Positions 24,654-34,514 of a stretch of 64,000 bases of DNA are shown piece by piece. The DNA lies in NCBI RefSeq assembly GCF_036971445.1, contig NC_091472.1, positions 220,968,001 through 221,032,000 on the forward strand, given 5' to 3'. Below the pieces are notes generated by a model. The model was given only the letters and a program-made list of their open reading frames with translations, made no database searches and had not been told where the DNA came from. Source of the DNA: Narcine bancroftii. Its lineage: Eukaryota. Position 1 is the first letter of the stretch; each line of letters starts with the position of its first letter. Both the position numbers and the translations under genes were made by a program.

Positions 24654-27554
24654 CTGCACATGTGTGGAGCCCAGGGGCTGCTTTTTCCCTCTCCACAGGC
24701 AGTGATGTAACTAGGGTTGGTGTCACCCAGTGAGATAACTCATAGTATCAGCCACCCTGAGCAGGTCTTTTTTGAATTTTCTCCTTATTTTCCTTTAATT
24801 ACTACTTTATTCTTTAAAAAGTTATTGATATAGGTTCACAATTACTAACTACCACAATATTGTAGCTAAAACACCAGAAAATTTCAGAAAATCACCGACC
24901 ATAAAAATACCAGCAGCAACGAAAACAATACCATGTGCTTGTAGCACGTGCAGATGAAACCACGTGATTTGAAACATCATTATAATTGGGTATTAATGAC
25001 AGCTCTGACCAGACCACATTAGAAGGTTCAAAAAGTAAATTAGCATCAAGTTTTAGCCTTGTAGGTATATTGATACATGTAACTTGGGCTTACAAAAAAT
25101 GCTTTTGTTGTTATAACTAATTACAGGGATATTTTTATTTTAAAAAATAGTAAATTTCTGCTGAGACACTGTACAAACATTTTAGAGAGTACAGATTAGC
25201 AATACTGTATTGCAGAGTTCTCTGCAAATTACTGAGTCCCATTAATGAGAACAGATCATGAGCAGCTACACCTCTGATGGTGTCACCCTGTGTGGTCTGC
25301 ACCTCCCCCCACCTAGTGACGCCAGTGACCACAGGAAGGATTTGGCTGCTGCAGAGATGGAGGACATCTGACCCAGCCACGAGGTATCCTAATGCATTGG
25401 TCTTGCTCTCCCTCCATAGGAGAACAGTTAATTCAAGAGCAAATGGGTTCAGGGAGTAGCTTTATCCGGGGCCTGTGCACAGACCAAACTGGCAAACATC
25501 CCTCACCACTGAGCAGGAGCAGAGTGGAATGTAGATGCCTGAAGATGGAACTGGAGTGTGCTCCTGCTGGGGTACCTGAGAGACTTCTCTCCCTCCCTCC
25601 TTACCCCTTCCACTCAGACCTCCCTATGCTCTCCCCCCTCCTGTCTGCTTCTCCTGCGTTAACCTGTTTCTCCGCTCTGTGTTCGATTCCCCCTACACAG
25701 CCCCTTGGCGCCACTTGTATTCTCAGGAGGAAGGAAGCGTTCAACATGAAATGTGAACTCATTCACAATTATGACGAACCCGCTACAGCTACATGGACTG
25801 GCCAGCGCTGGGAGACATGCCCGAGGCAAGGCAAGTATGTCTGCGCAGGGCTTGGCCAAGCACCACAGTCTCCTGCCGAACACCATCTGCTGGAGGAATT
25901 CAGCCTTTTGAGCAGCATCTGTGGGAGAGAATGAGGGTCCATGTCTCAGGCTGAAGCCTTTCCTTAGGAGTCAAAATGTCGGCCATCCTTTCTTTCCCAC
26001 TGATGCTGCTCAAGCCACTGAGGCCCCCCAGCCAATACAGTGAACTTGGCTTAAGATTCCCACCTGCTGCAGTCTCCATGTGCGTATGACTGCAGTCTCC
26101 ATGTGTGTGTGTCTGGCCATGGTCTCCGTGTGTGTGACTGTAGACTCTGTGTGTGTGGGATCACAGTGTCCACGTGTGTGATCACAATCTCTGTGTGTGG
26201 CTGTAGTCCCTGCCCCTTTTTCCTATCACAGCTCCCATGGGTACTCGGAGAGACACACTCTCTGCTTGAAGATGGTCCAAGGGTTGCTTCCTTGACCACT
26301 GGCACCAAGTGGCTGCTTAGGCCACAATGGGAGGCTCAAAGTCCAGCATACTGATTTGGAAATGGTCAGCATCTAAGTGTTGGGACAAGTCCCTTCCCCA
26401 CCACCCAGGTGTTGGACAAGATCATTCCCCATTATTCAGGTGTCAGAGAAAACCCTTCCCACTGTCCGGATGAAGAACAAGACCCTTCCTACCATACAAC
26501 CCACTAAAACATCCCTTCCCCATCGCCTGGTCCAAGAGGATACACTTCCCGATTCTCCTGGCAGAAGCTGATTTTTCTTACTTAAAGTGGGAACATGTTG
26601 GGCCAAAGTCCCACCTCTAACATGCAGAATTTTTATTTATGGAATTCATATACTCCAACATCCCTGTTGAGATTTGAACTCTCATTTTCTTGAGCAGCAG
26701 TTTACTAACATAGTTGCCACCCATGGAGTATCTCTCTCCAGCTCACTGCTCACTTCTCCTCTGGTTTCTGCGTCCTTTGGACTGGTTCAGATGGAGAATG
26801 CCATCAGACCCAAAGAGTTGTATCTTCACTTAAATGAAACTCACAAGCATAAACTTCAAGCTTTTTGCCCTTGCCTCACTCCTTCCTCCTCCTCCCCCCC
26901 CCCCCACCCCCCCACCACCTTTCCATTTCAGGCAAATTCATTCTATTCAGTGCTGTGCTGTGAGGAGAATTGCCCCACGATCTCTGGGCACCCTACAACA
27001 GCCTGGAGTACAAACCTTTGCACCAACTTTGTGAGGGGATTTCTTTCAGGATCCTCATCCCAAGGATGTCAAGAGCTGACAAAGTACATTATACAGTTGG
27101 GGACAGTTTTGTTGAAGTGCCTGATTTCAGAGGGATGTAATGGAGTCACTGAGAGCCTGACAGCTGGGTATCCTTGCTCACCCTTCAGAGATCCAAAGTC
27201 TTCGAGCATTTCTGAAGGATTCAAGGAAACCAGGGAAAGTAGAGAAGCAAAGAGATCTGAGAACAAATCAGAACAGCCTCTCAGCCAGCATCAAAATGGG
27301 CTCCAAGAACACGAGCTCTTGTCTCAACATGAACAACCGCATTGCCCAGACCCAAAACCTTGGTCATATTCCCTTTGCTGCCTATAGATGCCACGTAACC
27401 TGCTGAATTTCTCCAGCAAGTTTCTGCATTGAAACACATTGGTTCCTCAGATTTACAAAGTCTTTATCATTTCCCTCTCCTTCTTTAGGTGTTGAAAAAG
27501 AACCAAGAGGAACAAAACAATGAATATGTAAATATGGACCCTGGTAGGAGATGA
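5654..27554 (+). CDS. CD28: CD28/CTLA-4-family costimulatory receptor, CD28-like, 4 coding exons join(5654..5696,19491..19862,21802..21902,27489..27554), 193 aa
   Basis: Spliced protein: [193 protein letters not shown]. All junctions are GT-AG with phases 1/1/0, and 582 nt equals 194 codons including the stop. Family membership is strong, but exact orthology (CD28 versus a paralog) is not established. Confidence 0.82.
7150..7760 (+). mobile_element. CR1-type LINE 3' fragment
   Basis: Degenerate LYKxxVRPxLEYCxQF sequence near 7230-7270 and a typical CR1 3' UTR. Confidence 0.65.
8020..8625. repeat. Polypurine (G/A-rich) low-complexity tract, probably within a Penelope-like fragment
   Basis: About 600 bp composed almost entirely of G and A on the + strand. 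It produces spurious Pro/Ser-rich ORFs on the - strand. Confidence 0.75.
8915..9300 (+). mobile_element. CR1-type LINE 3' end
   Basis: RFTRMLPG-like remnant and a 3' UTR ending TGTAGTGTTCTATG. Similar to the CR1 copy at 40432-43235. Confidence 0.6.
11490..13920 (+). mobile_element. L1-clade LINE, decayed ORF2 (RT and C-terminal part)
   Basis: [31 protein letters not shown] and INLFADDVL motifs (ORF 11786-12088). Many stops and frameshifts. Same family as 46114-51922. Confidence 0.9.
12928..13179 (-). mobile_element. Solo LTR (Gypsy-like) inserted in the L1
   Basis: TGTAG...CTACA termini and a 4-bp TSD AAAT (12924-12927 and 13180-13183). TTTATT gives a polyA signal on the - strand. Confidence 0.7.
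16250..17070 (+). mobile_element. Penelope-like element remnant (GIY-YIG C-terminus plus an inverted pseudo-LTR)
   Basis: ORF 16487-16708 reads [11 protein letters not shown]...[10 protein letters not shown]...DMSVHG...KLEEQH. 16250-16535 is an inverted copy of about 16830-17065. Confidence 0.75.
18878..19135 (+). mobile_element. tRNA-derived SINE (V-SINE/HE1-like)
   Basis: GGTGGCACAGTTGGTGTAGCGGTTAGC (A box), GGAGTTTGAATCC (B box), a conserved core and an (AAATTT)n tail. Multiple copies occur in the window. Confidence 0.8.
19491..19862 (+). CDS. CD28: CD28-like exon 2 (IgV domain)
   Basis: Pyrimidine-rich acceptor CTCTCCAG and donor A|GTGAGT. V-set motifs VTLKC, DQYFC and GIGT, the extra Cys pair typical of CD28/CTLA-4 (EVC, LPC), the loop [10 protein letters not shown] where CD28 has MYPPPY, and four N-glycosylation sequons. 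Confidence 0.92.
21187..21313. other. Assembly gap (127 N)
   Basis: Run of N in intron 2, inside a LINE 3' remnant. Confidence 1.
21314..21630 (-). mobile_element. Rex1/Babar-type LINE 3' remnant
   Basis: ORF 21339-21644 reads [25 protein letters not shown]...DPFHP, the typical C-terminus of this clade. Confidence 0.7.
21802..21902 (+). CDS. CD28: CD28-like exon 3 (stalk Cys and transmembrane helix)
   Basis: Acceptor CACTTCCAG and donor TGG|GTAAGA. Encodes (K)[39 protein letters not shown] matches the YxxxxT TM motif (human CD28 YSLLVT), and the stalk CP matches the interchain cysteine. Confidence 0.9.
22617..23606 (+). mobile_element. 990-bp TG...CA element with about 300-bp terminal inverted repeats, an LTR-like interior and a 5-bp TSD
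   Basis: 22617-22922 is the reverse complement of 23303-23606 apart from a few substitutions and one 2-bp indel. GACTC is directly repeated at 22612-22616 and 23607-23611. The interior has TATATAAG near 22953 and AATAAA near 23192. Confidence 0.85.
24165..24650. repeat. (CA)n and (GA)n microsatellite complex
   Basis: Perfect and degenerate CA and GA runs, directly visible. Confidence 0.95.
24700..25327. mobile_element. Non-autonomous hAT-type DNA transposon (MITE)
   Basis: Imperfect TIRs CAGTGATGTAACTAGG and CCTAGTGACGCCAGTG. 8-bp TSD TCCACAGG (24692-24699) and ACCACAGG (25328-25335). Subterminal TGGTGTCACCC repeats. Confidence 0.8.
27489..27554 (+). CDS. CD28: CD28-like exon 4 (cytoplasmic tail [21 protein letters not shown], stop)
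   Basis: Strong polypyrimidine acceptor TTCCCTCTCCTTCTTTAG. Phase 0 matches exon 3. Juxtamembrane lysines and EYVNM, a YxNM motif like CD28 YMNM. Confidence 0.85.
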   Translation: MLKKNQEEQNNEYVNMDPGRR

Positions 27555-28146
27555 AGAATCCACCCTGCCTATCACTCTAACCGAACACGTGTAAATACTT
27601 CCAGGAATGTTGCTGAGACTTTTCCCCATGAGACCTGAGCTACAGAAGAAGATCCTCGAACAAACATGGCCCTCAGTTCCCCTTTCATCTCTTGCATTGG
27701 CAGAAAAAGAACCAAAAGGACCTTGGCTGCTAGTTTAATTCTTTCTGTGTTGGTCAAACAGTAGCAGGTGGGATTGAGCATGGTGGGCATGGTGCAATGT
27801 AAGCCCAGAAACAACTCCAGCATATCTGGTTGAGGAACTGGGCAGAGGCTCCCACCAGGCCCTTCCTCCTCTCACAACTTCCAGGCTGTTTTGTTCTCCC
27901 CATACAAGGAGAGAACAAAGTACTTTGTTGGTGAGGGCTGCCCTGCAGCATGAAGCTCAATCTCCAGCATTATTTCACTTCCATTGTTTCTGGCCTCTCC
28001 CTCCACACACTGCCCCACTGTCTGCCCGTGAACTGGTGGGACAAGGGTCCCTCAGGGCAGAGTGAGCTTTCTCAGCATCTTCCCTCCCATCCTCTCATTA
28101 ATATTCTAAACCCCAGCTGTTTCTGTATCTGCCCTTGAACAACCAG

Positions 28147-29512
28147 ACTCTCCAAGCCCCATGAACCCTCCACGGTGTGGTGTACATCTGACCCATGCTT
28201 AACTCTCTCTAAGCCCATGCACCCTCCGGTGTGTAGTGTACAACCAGCCTATGCTGAACCCTCTCCAAGCCCCATGCACCATCCGCTGTGCAGTGTACAA
28301 GCGACTTAAACCCTCTCCTAGCCTGTACACCCTCCACTCCATGGTGTAAAACCAGCCTGTGCTGAACCCTCTCCAAGCCTGTACACCCTCCACTCCGTGG
28401 TGTAGAACCAGCCTGTGCTGAATCCTCTCCAAGCCTGTGCACCCTCCACTCCGTGGTGTAAAACTGGCCTGTGCTGAACCCTCTCCAAGCCTGTGCACCC
28501 TCCACTCCGTGGTGTAAAACTGGCCTGTGCTGAACCCTCACCAAGCCTGTGCACCCTCCACTCCGTGGTGTAAAACCGGCCTGTGCTGAATCCTCTCCAA
28601 GCCTGTACACCCTCCACTCCGTGGTGTAAAACCGGCCTGTGCTGAACCCTCTCCAAGCCTGTACACCCTCCACTCCGTGGTGTAAAACCGGCCTGTGCTG
28701 AATCCTCTCCAAGCCTGTGCACCCTCCACTCCGTGGTGTAAAACCGGCCTGTGCTGAATCCTCTCCAAGCCTGTACACCCTCCACTCCGTGGTGTAAAAC
28801 CGGCCTGTGCTGAACCCTCTCCAAGCCTGTACACCCTCCACTCCGTGGTGTAAAACCGGCCTGTGCTGAATCCTCTCCAAGCCTGTACACCCTCCACTCC
28901 GTGGTGTAAAACCGGCCTGTGCTGAACCCTCTCCAAGCCTGTACACCCTCCACTCCGTGGTGTAAAACTGGCCTGTGCTGAACCCTCTCCAAGCCTGTAC
29001 ACCCTCCACTCCGTGGTGTAAAACTGGCCTGTGCTGAACCCTCTCCAAGCCTGTGCACCCTCCACTCCGTGGTGTAAAACTGGCCTGTGCTGAACCCTCT
29101 CCAAGTCTGTGCACCCTCCACTCCGTGGTGTAAAACCGGCCTGTGCTGAACCCTCTCCAAGCCTGTGCACCCTCCACTCCGTGGTGTAAAACCGGCCTGT
29201 GCTGAACCCTCTCCAAGCCTGTACACCCTCCACTCCATGGTGTAAAACCGGCCTGTGCTGAACCCTCTCCAAGCCTGTACACCCTCCACTCCGTGGTGTA
29301 AAACCAGCCTGTGCTGAACCCTCTCCAAGCCTGTGCACCCTCCACTCCGTGGTATAAAACCAGCCTGTGCTGAACCCTCTCCAAGCCTGTGCACCCTCCA
29401 CTCCGTGGTGTAAAACTGGCCTGTGCTGAACCCTCTCCAAGCCTGTACACCCTCCACTCCGTGGTGTAAAACCAGCCTGTGCTGAACCCTCTCCAAGCCT
29501 GTGCACCCTCCA
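28147..29512. repeat. 56-bp minisatellite, about 24 units (about 21 near-identical)
   Basis: Unit CCCTCCACTCCGTGGTGTAAAACCGGCCTGTGCTGAACCCTCTCCAAGCCTGTACA. The period was confirmed from starts at 28561 and 28617. The 5' units are degenerate. Confidence 0.97.
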
Positions 29513-31121
29513 TTGGTGACTGCGCCCAGACCTGAGAGGGTTCTGACTTTGATGCACAATCGTAGATAGCAGGGGGAGGTCATTCAAATTCTGCACCAGC
29601 CTTCTGCTCTAACACCATCCCTCAATTCACTTTGAGAGTTGAGATATCTTCCCTTTGGTACTCCAGCCCCTTTACATAGAGCACCGCAATCCAGGAATGG
29701 ATTGTTTTCTTGTATCTGTTTCATGCCATTTAGCATGGAATTTTCAAAACCTTTTCTCCTAGTCTTTCACCATTTAGAAAATTCTTCACCTAACCATAAA
29801 GTCCAACGCAAAGGAGTATAGAGCGGAGGCTCTATGCACATTGAAAAGCATTGCTTCAACTGCACTCCTTTCTAGGTGGCCCGCTCTCCACTGTGGTACA
29901 TGCATAATTCTGTCTGATGAAGACTGATCTACCACAGGCCATAAAACACCATGGAAATATTCCCATGAGAAGCATTCTAGTGTGGCCACCACCAAGATAA
30001 TAAGCTCTGAAATTCCCTGCCCCAGAGAATAGTGGCGGCCGGAATCATGAGGGATATTTAAAATGTTTTAATATTTGAAAGTCAAGGAGTCGGGGCATTG
30101 TGGGATCTATCACAGAAGACAAGATGAGGCCAGCATCGATCAACCATGACCGCATCAAATGCTGGGGCACATTTGCAGAGCGTGCACCTGCCCCTATACT
30201 CTTTTGCTGACAGACACTCAAGCCCAAGAACACATGGTAAATGCCATACATGCAGCCACTGAAAGTCTGGAATATAAACAGACAATACTGGAAACACTTG
30301 GCTTGTCAGACAGCATCTATGGAGAGAGAACAATTGTTTCAAGTTTATAAGCTTTCCCAAAGGTATAATCAAGATGTGTTTGTGTTTTGCTTGACTCCAG
30401 ATTCAAACCATGTTAATATACATCTGTACACATGGAGGGGATGCTTCTGTCTGTCCACATCTGTCACTGAATTTATTTTTCTTAGTCCAGCAACTTTTGG
30501 AAAATGTGTGTTTATAATTTGAATGATATGACAAAAACTGAGAAGATTTTTTTAAATCCTTCTAAATTGTAGAAAGCATTAGCTGTCTGTAAATACAGCA
30601 ACAATTATGTAACATACTTGCTTTGAAATGATCCACTTGTGATGTTATCTAATCAGGACACTCTCGGATACTCATCACTCAGATGCAGTCATTGCTCTTC
30701 CTACCAGCAATCAGTGTGCCATAAGCCAGCCCAGCTGATGAGCATCTGCCTACCCAAAGCAGGGAAATTCTCAGATAATCAGAGGGCAAGAAGAGGTCCT
30801 CACCCAAAGGGTGCCAGGAGAACTCCACTACAGCAGCCTCACGCTGGACAAAAGCAGAGCAATGAAGGGAAGTTAGAAACACTAGCATCCAATCTCTGCA
30901 CCCCTGAAGGCACAGAAATCCTACCCAGCAAGGGCTTTGTTCAGCACTATCTATGATGCTTGTAAATCACACAATTCATTTTTCATCCACATCCTGCAAT
31001 ATTGCTGTTAACATGTTTACATAATAATTGCCTATTTTAAACATCATTTTCTCTGCATTCTAACTTTGAATTTAGCACCAGGACTGTAAATTTGTATTAT
31101 TTGCTCCATCATGCACTAAGC

Positions 31122-31127
31122 AATAAA
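31122..31127 (+). terminator. Candidate polyadenylation signal of the CD28-like transcript
   Basis: AATAAA at the end of an AU-rich, UTR-like stretch (about 30960-31130). No transcript evidence. Confidence 0.3.
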
Positions 31128-33689
31128 TGCACCCTTGGGTTTAATCAAACACCTCTATTTACTTGTTCTATTTGCATTACAAATCTCACCCAGACTGGGA
31201 AGTGAGGGAGTAGGGGACAGAGGTAGACTTCGACAGGATGTGCATGGGTCTGAGGTTGAGACAGGAGGGTTGGAATCTCAGCTGCCCATGGCCTGGAATA
31301 GTTTCCTTGGGAAGTTTAAAAAAAAGACACATTTGCCAATTGCACTCAGGATGAAACCATTTCTAAAATTCATTTCTAAAACAGTTAAGAAGGGTGCCTT
31401 CCTTCATTGATTTCTCTTGTTCTGGTTACGATTGGTGGGAGAGTTGAATGGATATTACAGTAGAAAGGCTTGCTGATCAACGATTGCTGCTCCAATTAAT
31501 TGGACCAGGAGTAGGCCACTTGGCCCCTCCAGCCAACATTGTCATTCAGTAATATCCTGGCTAATCTTGAATGATTCTAGCGATGAACAGGTTAATCTAT
31601 GTGGAGCGTTTGATTACTTTGGGCCTATACTTGCTGGAGTTGGGGGTGGGGGGGGGCAGTGTTAAATCTCATCGAACCATTCTGAATATTGAAAGGCCTG
31701 GATAGAGTGGACATGGAGATGGGAGAGCCTTGGACTAGAGGGCACAGCCTCAGAATAAAAGGACATCCCTTTAGAACAGAGATGAGGAGAACTATCTTCA
31801 GCCAGAGGATGGTGAACCTGGAATGTGTTACCATAGACGGCTATGGAGGTCAAGTCATTGGGTAGATTTAAAGTGAAGGTTGTTAAGTTCTTGATTAGTG
31901 AGGGTGTCAAAGGCCATTTGTGCTGTTAATCTAAAAATAAACTTGCTGATTCAACAAAGCTGAAATATCAACAGAAAACACTCCTCAGGCCCAGCAGCAT
32001 TCATGGAGAGAGAAATAAACTAAACATTTGCAGCCTAACATCCTTTGATGAACTGGGAAAAGGGAAAACTCATTACTTTTGTGTCACAAAGAGAGAGGGG
32101 GGGGGGGGGTAAGTGGACAGGACCAAGGGAATGACTCAATGTAAATAACATGTGAGGATTAGCTCAGAGCAGATTGTTTTTTTGTGAGGAGGTGCTCTCC
32201 TGGGGTTTGAGCCCTTGCTCTGAATGTAAACTACAGACAGATAATCTGTTCCCCATTTCCTTCCTGGGACATCCCACGTAATTGTAATTTGTTGTTTTCA
32301 CACTTTCACCATCCTCCCAAAACCTTCCCACGAAGAGGATGCAGAAGGCCAGCCACTGTAAAGAAGTGGTGGCACCTTGGTCAAACTCGGTAGGATGAAA
32401 GGAGACGGAGGGGGTGCGGGAGCTGAATCTGCAGTATTTGATGTCCGCCTGGACACCAGACATGACCAGCTCTCACTGGGAGGCATCAGTGTCAATGACA
32501 TGACAGAGCTCCCTCTGACCCATACCCTCTTCCCTTCCTTTCATCACAGAGGATTTTGCCCTTCTATCCCCTCCCACCAGCCTTACCTGTCACTTGTGAC
32601 CCTGTGCTCATCCCCTTTCCCCACTCCCCCAATAAACAGGCTTTATGACAATCTCATTGATTTATGGTTACCATTACTGATACAAGCTTTGTCTAATGTA
32701 TTCAAACTTAGACCATTGAAGAGTACAGTACAGCAAAGAATCAGTTGCTTTGGCCCACAAGCTAGTGCTAAACAGGATGCCCAACTTATGTCAACACACT
32801 GCTGCTTGCAGATGATCTTTACTCCTCTATTCCCTGAACTTTTGTGTGCCCATCTAAAACTCTACAATCTATCATACCATGAAGAAGGGTTCAGTACCCA
32901 AAATGTCAGTTACCTCCTATGGATGCTGCGAGACCGGCTGGATTTCTGTGTTTTTCCTACAATCGTAACAACTGTAGACTTTTGTGTTTCACTTGATCCA
33001 CCTGCATCTACCACTACCCCTGGCACCCACCATTCCATGTAAAAATTTGTCCTACACATCTCCTTTAAACACCCTTCTTGTCCTAAACACATGCCCTCAG
33101 ATACTTGACATTTTTTACCCTGAGAGAAAGATTAACTGTCTGCCCTATCAATGCCTCTTATAATTCTATAAACTTCCTGTAGATCTCCCCTCAGCCTCCA
33201 ACTCTCCAGAGAGATGTTTGTCCAACCTCTCCCCATAATAGACCCTCCAACCCAGACAATGTCCTTGGAAACTTCATCCATGACATATGACTAGTAGAAA
33301 AATGAATGTGGAGCAGCTGTCCTTGTAGAGTGGTTCAGGTGTCAGTTAAAGGAGGTTCCACAGCACCAAAAAAAATTCTTGACCATGATATGAGCTCAAG
33401 GCATCAAGAGAATCCTCTTGAACCAATCCCAGGGGCTGTTTCCTGCCACAGTCTTCCACACAGCAGGCACATCACAGAGGAACCTGCATGGAATATTCAG
33501 AGGATTGGTCTTAATGATGACCTTTCCCCTCCCCTCTGACTCCCAACCCACTTGAAGCTATGGGAAAAGGCGGCCACCACCCTCCCCTCATTTTAATTGA
33601 ATGACTCTCTGACAAAGGCCAGTTGACTGGTGGATACAAGGTTGCTGATCTTGTAGACACTCAGCCATTGGTGGATACAAAGTTTCTCT

Positions 33690-34210
33690 TGTTACATACT
33701 CAGACAGCAGCAATAGAAATTCACCTGTAAGAAAGAGATTATCATCTGGAGAACCCTGAAGGGGGTAAGTTTCATCAGCAAGACACCAGAGTGGCTGATT
33801 AAAAAGGAATCAGTTATGGATGTCCTGGAATAAGAAAAACTCTCTCTCTGAAAACCAGTAAGAACCTTTCTGAGTGGTAACCATTTACCCATTAAGCACC
33901 AAAGCCTGGTGAACTTTATTAATGTTAACTTCTGTGCACAACACAAGAATTGCCTGCAACCAATGAGAATGGACTGTGATCCAAAGAACTTTGCTGAACA
34001 TATACATTACACACTCGTGCATTTAGAATTAGAAGGGGGTTAAGTAGGTTAAGTGAGTCAATAGAGATAAGTTAAAGTTTGATTCTATTTTCATGTTCAA
34101 AGATAATTTAAAAGCAACTTTTGTTTAAGTAACCATTTGTCATAACAATATATTTAAAATAATATCTTCATTATTATTAATAATAATATAACACCTTATC
34201 TAACTTATCG
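33690..34210 (-). mobile_element. LTR remnant (probable 3' LTR of the element whose 5' LTR is 53235-54150), interrupted by another LTR fragment
   Basis: TGTTACATACTCAGACAGCAGCAATAGAAATTC matches 53235 onward, and the match resumes at about 34145-34210. Confidence 0.7.
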
Positions 34211-34514
34211 GGCAGCGGGGAGGGGACTGTTGGGCAGCAGAGAGGGGGGCTGTCAGGTTGTGTGGCAGGGCGGCTTGTAGGCAGTAGAGAGTTGGGTCAC
34301 CGGCTGATAGTGTCATCAGACTGCCCCTTAGCATCCACTTTCAGGCGGCTGCATTCAGGTGCGTCGGAGGACTTGGCCAATCCGCAGATTATCCCTCCCG
34401 GAGGAGGGTTGGTGAGTGCACCTCAGAAGTGCATCAGGCTCTTTCAGGTGGGTACCCTGACAGCCACATAGGGGTAGAATATGTGGCTTTACATTGGGGT
34501 ATACTGGCCACCTG

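Noticed and set aside
23983-24726. His/Thr- and Cys/Val-rich ORFs
   Set aside because: Translation of CA and GA microsatellites.
26674-27387. 237-aa + strand ORF in intron 3
   Set aside because: Non-ATG start, no recognisable domain, includes a poly-C run and a repeat-derived end.
28147-29512. CRISPR-like repeat array
   Set aside because: The units are head-to-tail with no unique spacers, there are no cas genes, and the context is vertebrate.
28209-29596. Three long - strand ORFs (434, 421 and 352 aa)
   Set aside because: Artefacts of the 56-bp minisatellite. The unit has no stop on that strand and 56 is not a multiple of 3, so all frames cycle through the same peptide.
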